NCBI GenBank assembly: GCA_033763575.1
Contig: JANRKF010000013.1
Coordinates: forward strand, 17,396-81,395
Source of the DNA: Alphaproteobacteria bacterium
GTDB lineage: Bacteria; Pseudomonadota; Alphaproteobacteria; Rickettsiales; SXRF01
Direction: 5' to 3'
DNA: 64,000 bases
Part shown: positions 7,309 through 15,919 of the stretch, in pieces
How positions within the stretch are numbered: the first letter of the stretch is position 1
Layout: every line of letters starts with the position of its first letter
Notes under the pieces: generated by a model
What the model was told of the DNA's origin: nothing
Database searches by the model: none
The model's input: the letters and a program-made list of their open reading frames with translations, nothing else
Program-made: the position numbers and the translations under genes

Positions 7309-8771
7309 TTCGCCGCGAAGAAATTCTTGAACTGGCCAGCGAACTTGGCTTGCGCCCACAAGTGGTGGAAAAAGATTATGTGCTTGGCTGGATTTTGGCG
7401 GGCATTGCGCGTGATGAAGAATTGCATAACGCTTGGGTGTTCAAAGGCGGAACTTGCCTTAAAAAATGCTACTTCGAGACATACCGTTTTTCTGAGGATC
7501 TCGATTTTACCATAAAATCCACTGATCACTTAAATTCAGATTTCCTAATCGGGCGTTTCTCTGCGCTTTCAGAGTGGCTGTACGATGAAACGGGTGTAGA
7601 GCTCCCTGCGGATAAACTACGATTTGACGTATGGGACACCGATAGAGGCAGTCGCGCAGGACAAGGGCGAATTGCTTATCGTGGTCCGATAGCGCCAAAA
7701 TCGGGAGACTTGCCGCGCATTAAGCTCGACCTAACCGCAGATGAGAAATTGGTGCTGCCACCAGCATTAAGGCCAGTTGCCCATCCCTATAGCGATTTTC
7801 CTGGCGATGGCATTAACGTTCATTGCTATTCCTTTGAAGAAGTGTTCGGCGAAAAAGTGCGGGCATTGGGCGAGCGGGCACGACCGAGAGATTTGTATGA
7901 TGTGATAAACCTGTTCCGCAACGATGATTTCCAAGTCACGGCATCCGTGATTATGGATGTGTTAAAGCAAAAATGCGCCTTCAAAAACATTGCTATTCCT
8001 AGTTTGGCCACGCTGTTGTCACACCGCGATGAATTGTTCGCGGATTGGGAAACGATGCTTTCCCACCAGCTGCCTTTTTTACCTCCGGCACAAAGTTTCT
8101 GGGATGCATTGGAAACGTTCTTTAATTGGTTAAATGGCGCAGCTGCACGGACGCATCTGGCGGCATATCCGATGAAGGTTGGTGAATCCGTGCTACGCTC
8201 ACCCGTGGGCGGGCTACCTGTACCTGCAAGAATTGCCAATCATATTGAGGTTATCCGTTTTGCAGCCAGCAACAGGCTGTGCGTGGATTTAGAATATGAG
8301 GATGAGAACGGTAACCGTAAGAAGCGACTGATTGAGGCATATTCCTTACGCCGCACCAGCGATAACAACATATTGCTGCACGCGGTGCGTCATGCTGATG
8401 GTGGTGACAGAACATACAGGGTGGATCGCATTAGAGGTGCTACCATCACCTCGCAGGTATTTACGCCGCGCTATACGATAGAATTAACGCCGACAGGCCT
8501 GCTTTCTGCTCCGCTCACGCAACGCTCCGCTTTTGCTGCACCGAAAATGAACAGTCCATTACGCCCTAAATCCGCGAAGGGATTTGCGGCACCCAAGCCC
8601 GCCAAGATCAAAACGTCAAGCAACACAAAGCATGTGTTCCGCTGCACCGTGTGCGGCAAAACTTTCCGAAAAAGCACCTATGACGGCACATTGGGAGAGC
8701 ATAAAAATAAGCAGGGACAGACATGTTTTGGGAGAATAGGCACTTTTGTAAAGACTGATTATAAATGGTAG
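7305..8771 (+). CDS. abiEii: AbiEii/DUF1814 nucleotidyltransferase toxin with C-terminal WYL-like domain and zinc ribbon
   Basis: N-terminus LRPQVVEKDYVLGWIL...VFKGGTCLKKCY...RFSEDLDFT is typical of AbiEii. The protein is 488 aa, where I recall about 300 for the family. The extension contains RLIEAYSLR...ILLHAV...RTYRVDRIRGATI and CTVCGKTF...H...CFG. Confidence 0.8.
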   Translation: MIRREEILELASELGLRPQVVEKDYVLGWILAGIARDEELHNAWVFKGGTCLKKCYFETYRFSEDLDFTIKSTDHLNSDFLIGRFSALSEWLYDETGVELPADKLRFDVWDTDRGSRAGQGRIAYRGPIAPKSGDLPRIKLDLTADEKLVLPPALRPVAHPYSDFPGDGINVHCYSFEEVFGEKVRALGERARPRDLYDVINLFRNDDFQVTASVIMDVLKQKCAFKNIAIPSLATLLSHRDELFADWETMLSHQLPFLPPAQSFWDALETFFNWLNGAAARTHLAAYPMKVGESVLRSPVGGLPVPARIANHIEVIRFAASNRLCVDLEYEDENGNRKKRLIEAYSLRRTSDNNILLHAVRHADGGDRTYRVDRIRGATITSQVFTPRYTIELTPTGLLSAPLTQRSAFAAPKMNSPLRPKSAKGFAAPKPAKIKTSSNTKHVFRCTVCGKTFRKSTYDGTLGEHKNKQGQTCFGRIGTFVKTDYKW

Positions 8772-10201
8772 GTACAGCCACACCAAAACACATCAAGCCC
8801 AGCGATGCGCGGTCATGGTTATCATGCAGCCGACGTGTATGGTTCGATAATAACTCACCGCCTGGCATGGAACAGGTGGAGGCGAACCCGTTTGACCAGC
8901 TGATCATGACGCTTGGTATGCGCCATGAGTGGAACGTCAAACGCCAGATGGAAAATGAACATCAGGTGGTGGAGGCTGTTTCGCCGGAACATACGAAGGC
9001 GCTGATGGAGGCTGGGGTGGAGATTATCTATCAGCCGAAACTGGTGGATGATGCACTCGGGATTGTCGGTGATCCTGATTTTCTGATCCGCACGCCGTCG
9101 GGCGAATATCAGGCGGCAGATGCCAAGCTCGCCCGCACTGGCGATAAGGATGAAATCCAGATTCAGCTGGCCGTGTATCGTAAAATGCTGGGCAGTACGC
9201 TGCCTGCGCTGGTGATTCACGGCAACGGCACCACCAGCGAGATCGGCGATGATGCCAATAAGCTGGCTGATGAATTCCTGAGTGATATGCGCCAGATCCT
9301 CGCGCAGCCCACCAAACCACCTGCACGCTACAGCCACAGCAAATGCTCGCTCTGCAGCTATGTCGGCATCTGCAAGCCCGAGTTCGAGGCCAAGCAGGAG
9401 CTGACGCTGGTCTATGGCATTGATTCGCGCAACGCGCCGCATTTGGAAGCGCAGGGCATCACCACCATCCACCAGCTGGCCGATAGTGATCCCGAAGCGA
9501 TTGCCGATGTACCTTACCTCAAAGGCACGGATAAGAAACTGCGAGCGGTACTGCAGGCGAAATCTTATTTCACGCATGAGACACACCGCATCGGCGATAT
9601 TCATCTACCCACCGGCACTTGGGTGCATTTTGACATCGAGGCCAATCCGCTCAACGACTCAGGCGAAGACCATGTGTATCTCTGGGGGTTGCTCAAGCCG
9701 CCTTATAACGGCCAGAGCTTCGAATATGTGTGGACGGATGGGTTCGAGCAGGATCAGCAAGGCTGGCTTGCATTCCTCGACGTGGTGGCGCGGCTGAGTG
9801 CGGAGTATCCCGATCTTATCCTCTGCCATTTCTCGAATTACGAGGTCACCAACATCAAGCGGTATGCCAAGCGTTACGACATGGAAGAACACCCCACGGT
9901 GGCGTGGCTGCTGGGCGATGACTCACCGCTGTTTGACATCCAGAAGCCGATCAAAGAAGCGCTGGTGCTGCCGGTAATGGGCTATGGCCTGAAACCTATC
10001 TGTAAAAACGAGGGGCTGGTGAATTTCCAGTGGCAGGATGACGAATCCGGCTCGCAATGGTCGGTCGTGCAATACGTCAATTACCTGATCGAACCCCTGA
10101 AAGGCCGCCGTGAGCAGATGAAAAAAGACATCCTCACCTACAACTTTGATGACGTGATGGCGACGCGAAGGCTTGAGGAGTGGTTGCGGCGACTAGCCTA
10201 G
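8765..10201 (+). CDS. RecB-like nuclease, TM0106-type (PD-(D/E)xK Cas4-like N-domain plus RNase H-like C-domain)
   Basis: GDPDFLIR...ADAKLAR nuclease motif, Cys cluster (C at aa 21, CSLCSYVGIC), then HFDIEANP...YLWG typical of the family's exonuclease-like half. Its start overlaps the abiEii stop by 7 nt. Confidence 0.7.
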   Translation: MVGTATPKHIKPSDARSWLSCSRRVWFDNNSPPGMEQVEANPFDQLIMTLGMRHEWNVKRQMENEHQVVEAVSPEHTKALMEAGVEIIYQPKLVDDALGIVGDPDFLIRTPSGEYQAADAKLARTGDKDEIQIQLAVYRKMLGSTLPALVIHGNGTTSEIGDDANKLADEFLSDMRQILAQPTKPPARYSHSKCSLCSYVGICKPEFEAKQELTLVYGIDSRNAPHLEAQGITTIHQLADSDPEAIADVPYLKGTDKKLRAVLQAKSYFTHETHRIGDIHLPTGTWVHFDIEANPLNDSGEDHVYLWGLLKPPYNGQSFEYVWTDGFEQDQQGWLAFLDVVARLSAEYPDLILCHFSNYEVTNIKRYAKRYDMEEHPTVAWLLGDDSPLFDIQKPIKEALVLPVMGYGLKPICKNEGLVNFQWQDDESGSQWSVVQYVNYLIEPLKGRREQMKKDILTYNFDDVMATRRLEEWLRRLA

Positions 10202-10745
10202 TCCTTATACTCCCTGAATTGCTGAACCAACGCTTCAAAAGAAGCGGGTTTGTACTTATCAAAGCTCTCCTCATCCACATATACAAAATCATACTTTATG
10301 GTTGCAGATGATTTATTCACGTCCTCGCACCACTGCTTCAGGCGTTTGGTTTTTAGAGGCACGTCTAAATCCTCAAGCCCCTTGGTTTCCACGACATAAA
10401 TCTCAGTCGGGGATTTTTTTACCAGAAAGTCGGGATAGTAGTTTGAGATGTCGCCGTCAGCATTGATGTAGTCCAGCTTGAAATTCACGGCAAAATAGTT
10501 TTTTGCATAGGAAACTACGTCTTTGCAATCCTCTAAGAAGCTTGCAAAACGCAGTTCCAAATGGCTATCGCCAATAACTTTGTTGAAGATGCTTTTCTGT
10601 GGAACAAGATAGCCTTGCTCTTTCACGACGAATGGGCGTGTCTTGCGGAGCTTGATATAATCCCTGATTTCCGCATCGCCCTTAGCTGGTATGCGATTCG
10701 TATCGCCGGTGGTAAGCTGGATAAAATCAAGTTCATCGCCGCCTA
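10198..10745 (-). pseudogene. C-terminal fragment of a type III restriction enzyme Res subunit / helicase-associated endonuclease domain
   Basis: SHLELRFASFLEDCKDVVSYAKNYF...YYPDFLVKK...YVVETKG is the Res C-terminal endonuclease-like domain. Upstream, the reading frame is read-through of antisense hipA-like sequence, with no helicase part. Confidence 0.6.
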
Positions 10746-11041
10746 AAGCTTCAGTGATCGACCGTGATGGAAGTCTAGCAATCGCTAAGTTTCCCCAAGC
10801 CGATGATTTATGGCAGGTGCCGCTATGGGAGGTTGTTGCGCTCGATTTAGCAGAGCGCGCAGGTATCACAGTTGCTGGCCGACGAATCGAGAAAGTTGAT
10901 GGTAAGCCCGTGCTGATAGTAAGTCGCTTCGACCGGCAGAGTGCAACGCGCATTCCTTTCTTGTCTGCCATGAGCATGTTGACGGCGGCAGACAATGAAG
11001 ATCATAGCTATCTTGAAATCGCCGATGTTCTCCGCACCTAT
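10739..11041 (+). pseudogene. internal fragment of a HipA-family kinase toxin
   Basis: KASVIDRDGSLAIAKFPQADD...EVVALDLAERAGI...PVLIVSRFDR...YLEIADVL matches the middle of HipA. It lacks the N-terminal domain and the catalytic C-terminus. Confidence 0.6.
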
Positions 11042-11050
11042 CGGCAGGCG

Positions 11051-11267
11051 CTGGGCGCAGGATGGGCTTGATGGTCGGTTGGCCGTACGAGCGTTTCGCC
11101 CAGTAGCCACGCGGCGGGCGCGGGATTTTCATCTTGGTGCAGATTTTGGCGAGGCCGACATCCGAGAGGCCATATTGTTTCGCCAGCTGGAGGATGGGCA
11201 CCGACCAGATTTCATCATAGAGCTGGTCGCGTTGGAAGGTAATGACTTGGGCAATCTCGCGTTTCAT
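11051..11267 (-). pseudogene. N-terminal fragment of a conserved hypothetical gene
   Basis: MKREIAQVITFQRDQLYDEIWSVPILQLAKQYGLSDVGLAKICTKMKIPRPPRGYWAK looks protein-like, then the frame runs into antisense hipA-fragment sequence. Confidence 0.4.
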
Positions 11268-11382
11268 TCTCTATCGGATAAGCTACTGGCAGCTGAGGTC
11301 AAGGCTGTTTAGTTAGAATATCGAAAAAAATACATAGCATTTCAGATTTCATAGCGTGCAGGCGAAGAACATATACAGCATG

Positions 11383-12357
11383 CTATAGCGTTACACTTTG
11401 CTCAGAGTCTTTTGTTTGGGTTCTTTCTGACCAACTGGCCTGACGGATCTGGTGATCCTTTTCCACCATGCGCTCGACATCTTCCTCTTTTACACCGAAT
11501 AGCTTGCCCACGGCTTTGGTGGCTGGGAGGATGGCTTTCTCTCCTGTCCATGTATCGAAGGAGTGCATTTTATTGGGTGCAAGGGCACGGGCGGCAACCA
11601 CGACACCTGCGGTCACCAATATGCCGGAAAGCACGGAGGTGCTTTTGAGGAGGAATTTTTGGCTGAATGGAATCGGGCTTTTATCCGCCCACATTTGATA
11701 GCCGGTGTTGAGGCCGAGTGAAAAGCCCGTCCACACCACTGCCTGCGGGAAGTGGCTCATTTCATATTCATACACTTTTGATGCGTGATCCTTGTATTCC
11801 TGCGAATCAGCGGCCACGTTGTGTTTCTTTGCCCAGTCTTTATTGTCGCGCTCCACGCCCCACTTAAAAAGCGGACGCATGATCGGTTCGCAGAGCTTGC
11901 GAACGCCGTTCATGAAATTCGGGAACATGCGCTGCACGCCAATGGTCAACGGCACAGCACCGAAATCACCGATGAACTCGCCCTTGGCATATTGAACAAA
12001 ACGCTCTTTCGAGAATGCCTGTTTGCTTGCGGCCTTTACTTTTTCCCAGCGTGTTTTTGGGGCTTCGTGATGATGGTGTTTGCAGCTTGCCCCATGCTCA
12101 TGATGATGATCGTGGTCGTGATGGTGGTGGTGACCGCCATCCTTGCTATGGTCATGCCCGCAGCCAGGAATCAGCCAGCGTAGCCACCCATCCGTTGCCG
12201 CATTGATCGGCGGGTTTAGAAAATCAGTGAGCGTGCAATAGAGCGAGTGATTGATGGTGTACGCAATGTCTTCCGCCCGCTGCTGCTCGGTTTTGCGCTG
12301 CTCTGATTGCTCTATGGTAGGATTATTCATGGCTGTGACGCTTTTTATATTTCTCAA
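11383..12357 (-). CDS. His-rich membrane-associated protein, unknown function
   Basis: 324-aa ORF (an alternative start at 12330 gives MNNPT). It has the tract CGHDHSKDGGHHHHHDHDHHHEHGASCKHHHHE and C-terminal hydrophobic helices. It is divergent from a Fur-family regulator gene. Confidence 0.6.
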   Translation of the reverse strand: MRNIKSVTAMNNPTIEQSEQRKTEQQRAEDIAYTINHSLYCTLTDFLNPPINAATDGWLRWLIPGCGHDHSKDGGHHHHHDHDHHHEHGASCKHHHHEAPKTRWEKVKAASKQAFSKERFVQYAKGEFIGDFGAVPLTIGVQRMFPNFMNGVRKLCEPIMRPLFKWGVERDNKDWAKKHNVAADSQEYKDHASKVYEYEMSHFPQAVVWTGFSLGLNTGYQMWADKSPIPFSQKFLLKSTSVLSGILVTAGVVVAARALAPNKMHSFDTWTGEKAILPATKAVGKLFGVKEEDVERMVEKDHQIRQASWSERTQTKDSEQSVTL

Positions 12358-12721
12358 CCCATGCGCTAATGCCGCTTGCCGCGATCAAGCTGCTGGCAAG
12401 GGATAACCACCACCCTTCCACATGCGGAATGCTAAATACATGCAGCAACCCGTCTGCGCCTATTAGTGCAAAGATCATTAGTGCTGCAATCACGCGATAT
12501 AGCTTGTTTCCTAGCCACAGCAGATAGTGACTGAACTGTTTACAAAACACCGCAAGCAGTGTGCCGACTGCGATGATGACCTCGCCTCGTGGCAGCATAT
12601 AATACGGCCACTGCCGAAACCGAACAATATCAGCAAGCGTGAGCATATACAGCCCGAGCGTCATCAGCATCAGTGCAAAAAGCAGCGTGAGTAGCAGAGA
12701 AATCTTGTGTTGTTTAGACAT
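12323..12721 (-). CDS. small integral membrane protein, unknown function
   Basis: 132 aa with four obvious hydrophobic helices. It is the first gene of the minus-strand unit that is divergent from the Fur-family regulator. Confidence 0.55.
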   Translation of the reverse strand: MSKQHKISLLLTLLFALMLMTLGLYMLTLADIVRFRQWPYYMLPRGEVIIAVGTLLAVFCKQFSHYLLWLGNKLYRVIAALMIFALIGADGLLHVFSIPHVEGWWLSLASSLIAASGISAWVEKYKKRHSHE

Positions 12722-12730
12722 TGGCCTTAT

Positions 12731-12807
12731 TTGTTGTAATGTAACAAACGTAGGTTTTTAATGAGAAACCAGTTGCATGTAAAGAAGTTTGTTGTAGTGT
12801 AACAAAC
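12731..12807. promoter_or_regulatory. two copies of a 19-bp AT-rich imperfect palindrome (TTGTTGTAATGTAACAAAC / TTGTTGTAGTGTAACAAAC); putative Fur/Zur-type boxes
   Basis: Copies at 12731-12749 and 12789-12807 in the 107-bp divergent intergenic region between the membrane-protein genes and the Fur-family gene. Confidence 0.5.
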
Positions 12808-12828
12808 CTATTTTGATGGAGCAACCCA

Positions 12829-13233
12829 ATGGCTAGACCTTCCACCCTTCCTAAACCAGCAGATGCGCTGGTCTTAAGCTGCTTGCAGAAGAGCGGGCAG
12901 CCGATGAGCGCCTATGCTATTTTAGAAAAAGTGAAAAAGTTCGGGATTAAAAGCTCCCCAATTGTCTACCGTGCGCTGGAAACGTTGATGAAAAACGGCT
13001 CCGCGCATAAAATTAATGAGTTGAATGCGTTTGTGGCTTGCGCGTGTACAGCGGATCATCACCATGATGTATCGGTGCTTACCGTGTGTAAGGGCTGCAA
13101 GCGGGTGGATGAATTACATGACCATGCAGTGATCCACCACCTGACCAAACTCCGTAAACTACATGTGAACCTTAGTAAATCAGCCGTTGTGGAACTTCCT
13201 GTCACCTGCGAAAACTGCGTGGAGGCGGCATGA
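12829..13233 (+). CDS. Fur-family metalloregulator (Zur-like)
   Basis: N-terminal winged helix (MSAYAILEKVKKFGIKSSPIVYRALETLMKNG), then His/Cys ligands (HHHD, CKGCKRV, HDH, CENC). It is the first gene of an ATGA-coupled operon. Confidence 0.7.
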   Translation: MARPSTLPKPADALVLSCLQKSGQPMSAYAILEKVKKFGIKSSPIVYRALETLMKNGSAHKINELNAFVACACTADHHHDVSVLTVCKGCKRVDELHDHAVIHHLTKLRKLHVNLSKSAVVELPVTCENCVEAA

Positions 13234-13880
13234 TAGAAATCAAAAATCTTTCTTATCATATTGGGGGCGCAACCATTCTGGATACGCTTAACTGGAAGGT
13301 GGAAAAAGGCCAGCACGCGCTGATGCTTGGCGCTTCCGGCAGTGGTAAAACGACACTGTTGCACCTATTAGCAGGGTTGCTAACGCCGAGCAGCGGGACG
13401 ATAGAAATCGATGGCCAGAATATGGCCGCACTTTCTGGTGCAGCACTGGATAGCTGGCGCGGACGCAATATCGGCATGGTGTTTCAGACGCTCCATCTGG
13501 TGAAGGCTCTCACTGTGCGAGATAATTTGCGGCTGGCACGCACGATGGCTAGTTTGCCTGCCGATGATGCACGGATTGCCCATTTGCTCGACAAGCTAGG
13601 GCTTGCGGATAAAGCCGAACGCTATCCGCACCAGCTGAGCGTTGGTCAGGCGCAGCGTGTGGCGATTGCACGCGCGGTAGTAAATAAACCGAAATGGATT
13701 TTAGCGGATGAGCCAACAAGCGCACTGGATGACGCGCATTGCGAGGAAACCCTGAATCTGCTGGAAGCGCAAGCCAAAGAATGCGGCGCAACACTGGTGA
13801 TTGCAACGCACGATGGGCGCATTAAAACCCGCTTTGTGCACCGACTTGAATTACAAAATAATGTGAGGCAGGCAGCATGA
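13230..13880 (+). CDS. ABC transporter ATP-binding protein (FtsE/LolD/MacB-like)
   Basis: Walker A GASGSGKTT, Q-loop, signature LSVGQAQR and Walker B ILADEPTSALD. Confidence 0.9.
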   Translation: MIEIKNLSYHIGGATILDTLNWKVEKGQHALMLGASGSGKTTLLHLLAGLLTPSSGTIEIDGQNMAALSGAALDSWRGRNIGMVFQTLHLVKALTVRDNLRLARTMASLPADDARIAHLLDKLGLADKAERYPHQLSVGQAQRVAIARAVVNKPKWILADEPTSALDDAHCEETLNLLEAQAKECGATLVIATHDGRIKTRFVHRLELQNNVRQAA

Positions 13881-15172
13881 ATCTTTTCACCTTAAGCCTC
13901 TCTTACATCCGCGCCCGTACGCTTACCAGCACGCTGCTTGTGGTGCTACTTGCGCTTGGCGTCGCGACGATTTCACTGTTGCTGCATTTTAATCATCAAG
14001 CAGAAGAGCGGCTCTCGCGGGATGCGCGTGGTTTTGATCTTGTCGTGGGCGCGAAAGGCAGCCCGCTGCAACTGATTCTATCCTCCATCTACCACATAGA
14101 TATTCCCACCGGAAATATTCCCATTACCGAGGCTGAGAACTTACGCAAACACAAGCAGATAAAACAAGCGATTCCGCTGGCATTGGGTGACAGCTATCGC
14201 GGTTTTAGAATTGTAGGCACAGAAGCCAGCTACATCAAGCATTATCAGGCCGAACTCGCTGAAGGTGAAGTGTTCACGAAGCCCATGCAGGCAGTGGTGG
14301 GCGCACGCGTGGCGGCTGAAACAGGGCTTAAGATGAATGCGAGTTTTGCCGGAAGCCACGGTCTAACGGAAAGTGATGATGTGCATGCCGATACGCCGTA
14401 TCACGTGGTTGGCGTGCTGAAACCAACTGGTACAGTGCTTGATCGCCTGATTATTACACCTGTAGAAAGCGTGTGGAAAGTGCATGGTAGCGAGGCGCAT
14501 CAACACCACGGCGAGCATAAAGAGGAAGCGCACGAAGAACACGAACATCATGACGAACATGAGCATGAGAAACATGCAGATCACGATGAAAATAAGCATG
14601 AGAAGCATGGGAATGACATCGAAGCCAGCGACGAGATCACGGCACTGCTCATCACCTTTAACAGCAAGATAGCCGCCATGTCGCTGCCGCGTGAAATCAA
14701 CCGTGGCACCTCTATGCAGGCCGCAAGCCCAGCTTTTGAAACGGCACGGTTACTCTCGCTGCTTGGCATGGGGCTGGACACGCTTAAATTCTTTGGTGCA
14801 TTGCTGATGGCAAGCGCGGTGATCGGTATGCTGGTTGCGATCTATCAGTCAATGCAGGAACGTAAATATGATGCGGCGTTGATGCGTGTGATGGGTGCAT
14901 CCAGAGGAACGCTCGTCAAACAAATCCTGATTGAAGCGGGACTATTGCTGGCTGCGGGTATTATTGGCGGCTTGCTGATGAGTCATCTGACGCTGGCGGC
15001 ACTACCTATGCTGGCTCATGGCTTGAAAGATATTGGCTTTGCGCCACTTCACTTCCTCACGGCAGAAATTTCTGTTGCGGTTGGGTTGTTCGTTGCAGGG
15101 CTTTTGGTCGCACTGCTTCCAGCACTGGCGGCGTACCGCGTGGATGTCAGTCGCACGCTGGCGAGGGGATAA
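13877..15172 (+). CDS. FtsX-like ABC permease with His/Glu-rich periplasmic insert
   Basis: N-terminal TM helix, a large loop containing HQHHGEHKEEAHEEHEHHDEHEHEKHADHDENKHEKHG, and a C-terminal three-helix FtsX domain. Confidence 0.8.
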   Translation: MNLFTLSLSYIRARTLTSTLLVVLLALGVATISLLLHFNHQAEERLSRDARGFDLVVGAKGSPLQLILSSIYHIDIPTGNIPITEAENLRKHKQIKQAIPLALGDSYRGFRIVGTEASYIKHYQAELAEGEVFTKPMQAVVGARVAAETGLKMNASFAGSHGLTESDDVHADTPYHVVGVLKPTGTVLDRLIITPVESVWKVHGSEAHQHHGEHKEEAHEEHEHHDEHEHEKHADHDENKHEKHGNDIEASDEITALLITFNSKIAAMSLPREINRGTSMQAASPAFETARLLSLLGMGLDTLKFFGALLMASAVIGMLVAIYQSMQERKYDAALMRVMGASRGTLVKQILIEAGLLLAAGIIGGLLMSHLTLAALPMLAHGLKDIGFAPLHFLTAEISVAVGLFVAGLLVALLPALAAYRVDVSRTLARG

Positions 15173-15173
15173 T

Positions 15174-15671
15174 ATGCGCCGCCTGTTGCTGGTTTTCCTG
15201 TTGCTTCTGGCAAGCCCAGCACTGGCGCTAACGGTGCAGGATGCGCCGGATTCCATTCCGAAGATGCCACCACTTCCCAAAGTGAAGGGCGATGCGCTGC
15301 CGTGGGACATTTTTCTGGAGACGAAAGAAAAGCAGAAGAAGGTCACGTTTCCGGGAGGTGGGTATTCGTTCGAGGTGACGCCCATCTTTACCGATAAGAT
15401 GAAAGAATTAAACGGCAAGGAAGTAACGCTCTATGGCTTCATGTTCCCGCTGGAGCAATCCGAAAAACAGGCCAATTTTTTGATTGGTCCGTTTCCGCCA
15501 TCCTGCCCGTTTCATTATCACATTCCACCGTCACTGGTGGTCGAAGTCCGCACCAAAAAGCCTATAGCTTTCTCATGGGATGAAATCACCCTCAAAGGCA
15601 CGCTGGAACTGGCAGATAAAGACCCTAACGGCGTGTATTATTTCCTCAAAAATGCCGAGGCGGTAAAGTGA
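15174..15671 (+). CDS. secreted DUF3299-like protein
   Basis: Signal peptide MRRLLLVFLLLLASPALA. KELNGKEVTLYGFMFPLE...NFLIGPFPPSCPFHYH...V matches my recollection of DUF3299, which usually follows this ABC pair. Confidence 0.6.
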   Translation: MRRLLLVFLLLLASPALALTVQDAPDSIPKMPPLPKVKGDALPWDIFLETKEKQKKVTFPGGGYSFEVTPIFTDKMKELNGKEVTLYGFMFPLEQSEKQANFLIGPFPPSCPFHYHIPPSLVVEVRTKKPIAFSWDEITLKGTLELADKDPNGVYYFLKNAEAVK

Positions 15672-15919
15672 AGGACTACACATCGGTATTCACAAAATCG
15701 GCGTTGCTTGGAACAACTCGCACATTTCCTTGATACGAACCGCAAGTTTGGCATTCAAACCAACTGTCCCGCAAACGGCTCTATGGGACACTGGTGGGAC
15801 ACTCGGGCGCAAAACCTCACAAATTTTGACAATCGCGCACAAAACGCATAATCTAAAAATGTGACGGTGAGGCTGTCGCAGTGTTTTGTAACCAGCTGTA
15901 ATAAATGGTGAAAAACCGC

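Noticed and set aside
10198-10995. The 265-aa ORF read as one intact gene.
   Set aside because: Only the C-terminal ~180 aa look like a real domain (Res endonuclease-like). The N-terminal part is antisense read-through of a HipA fragment. It is reported as a pseudogene fragment instead.
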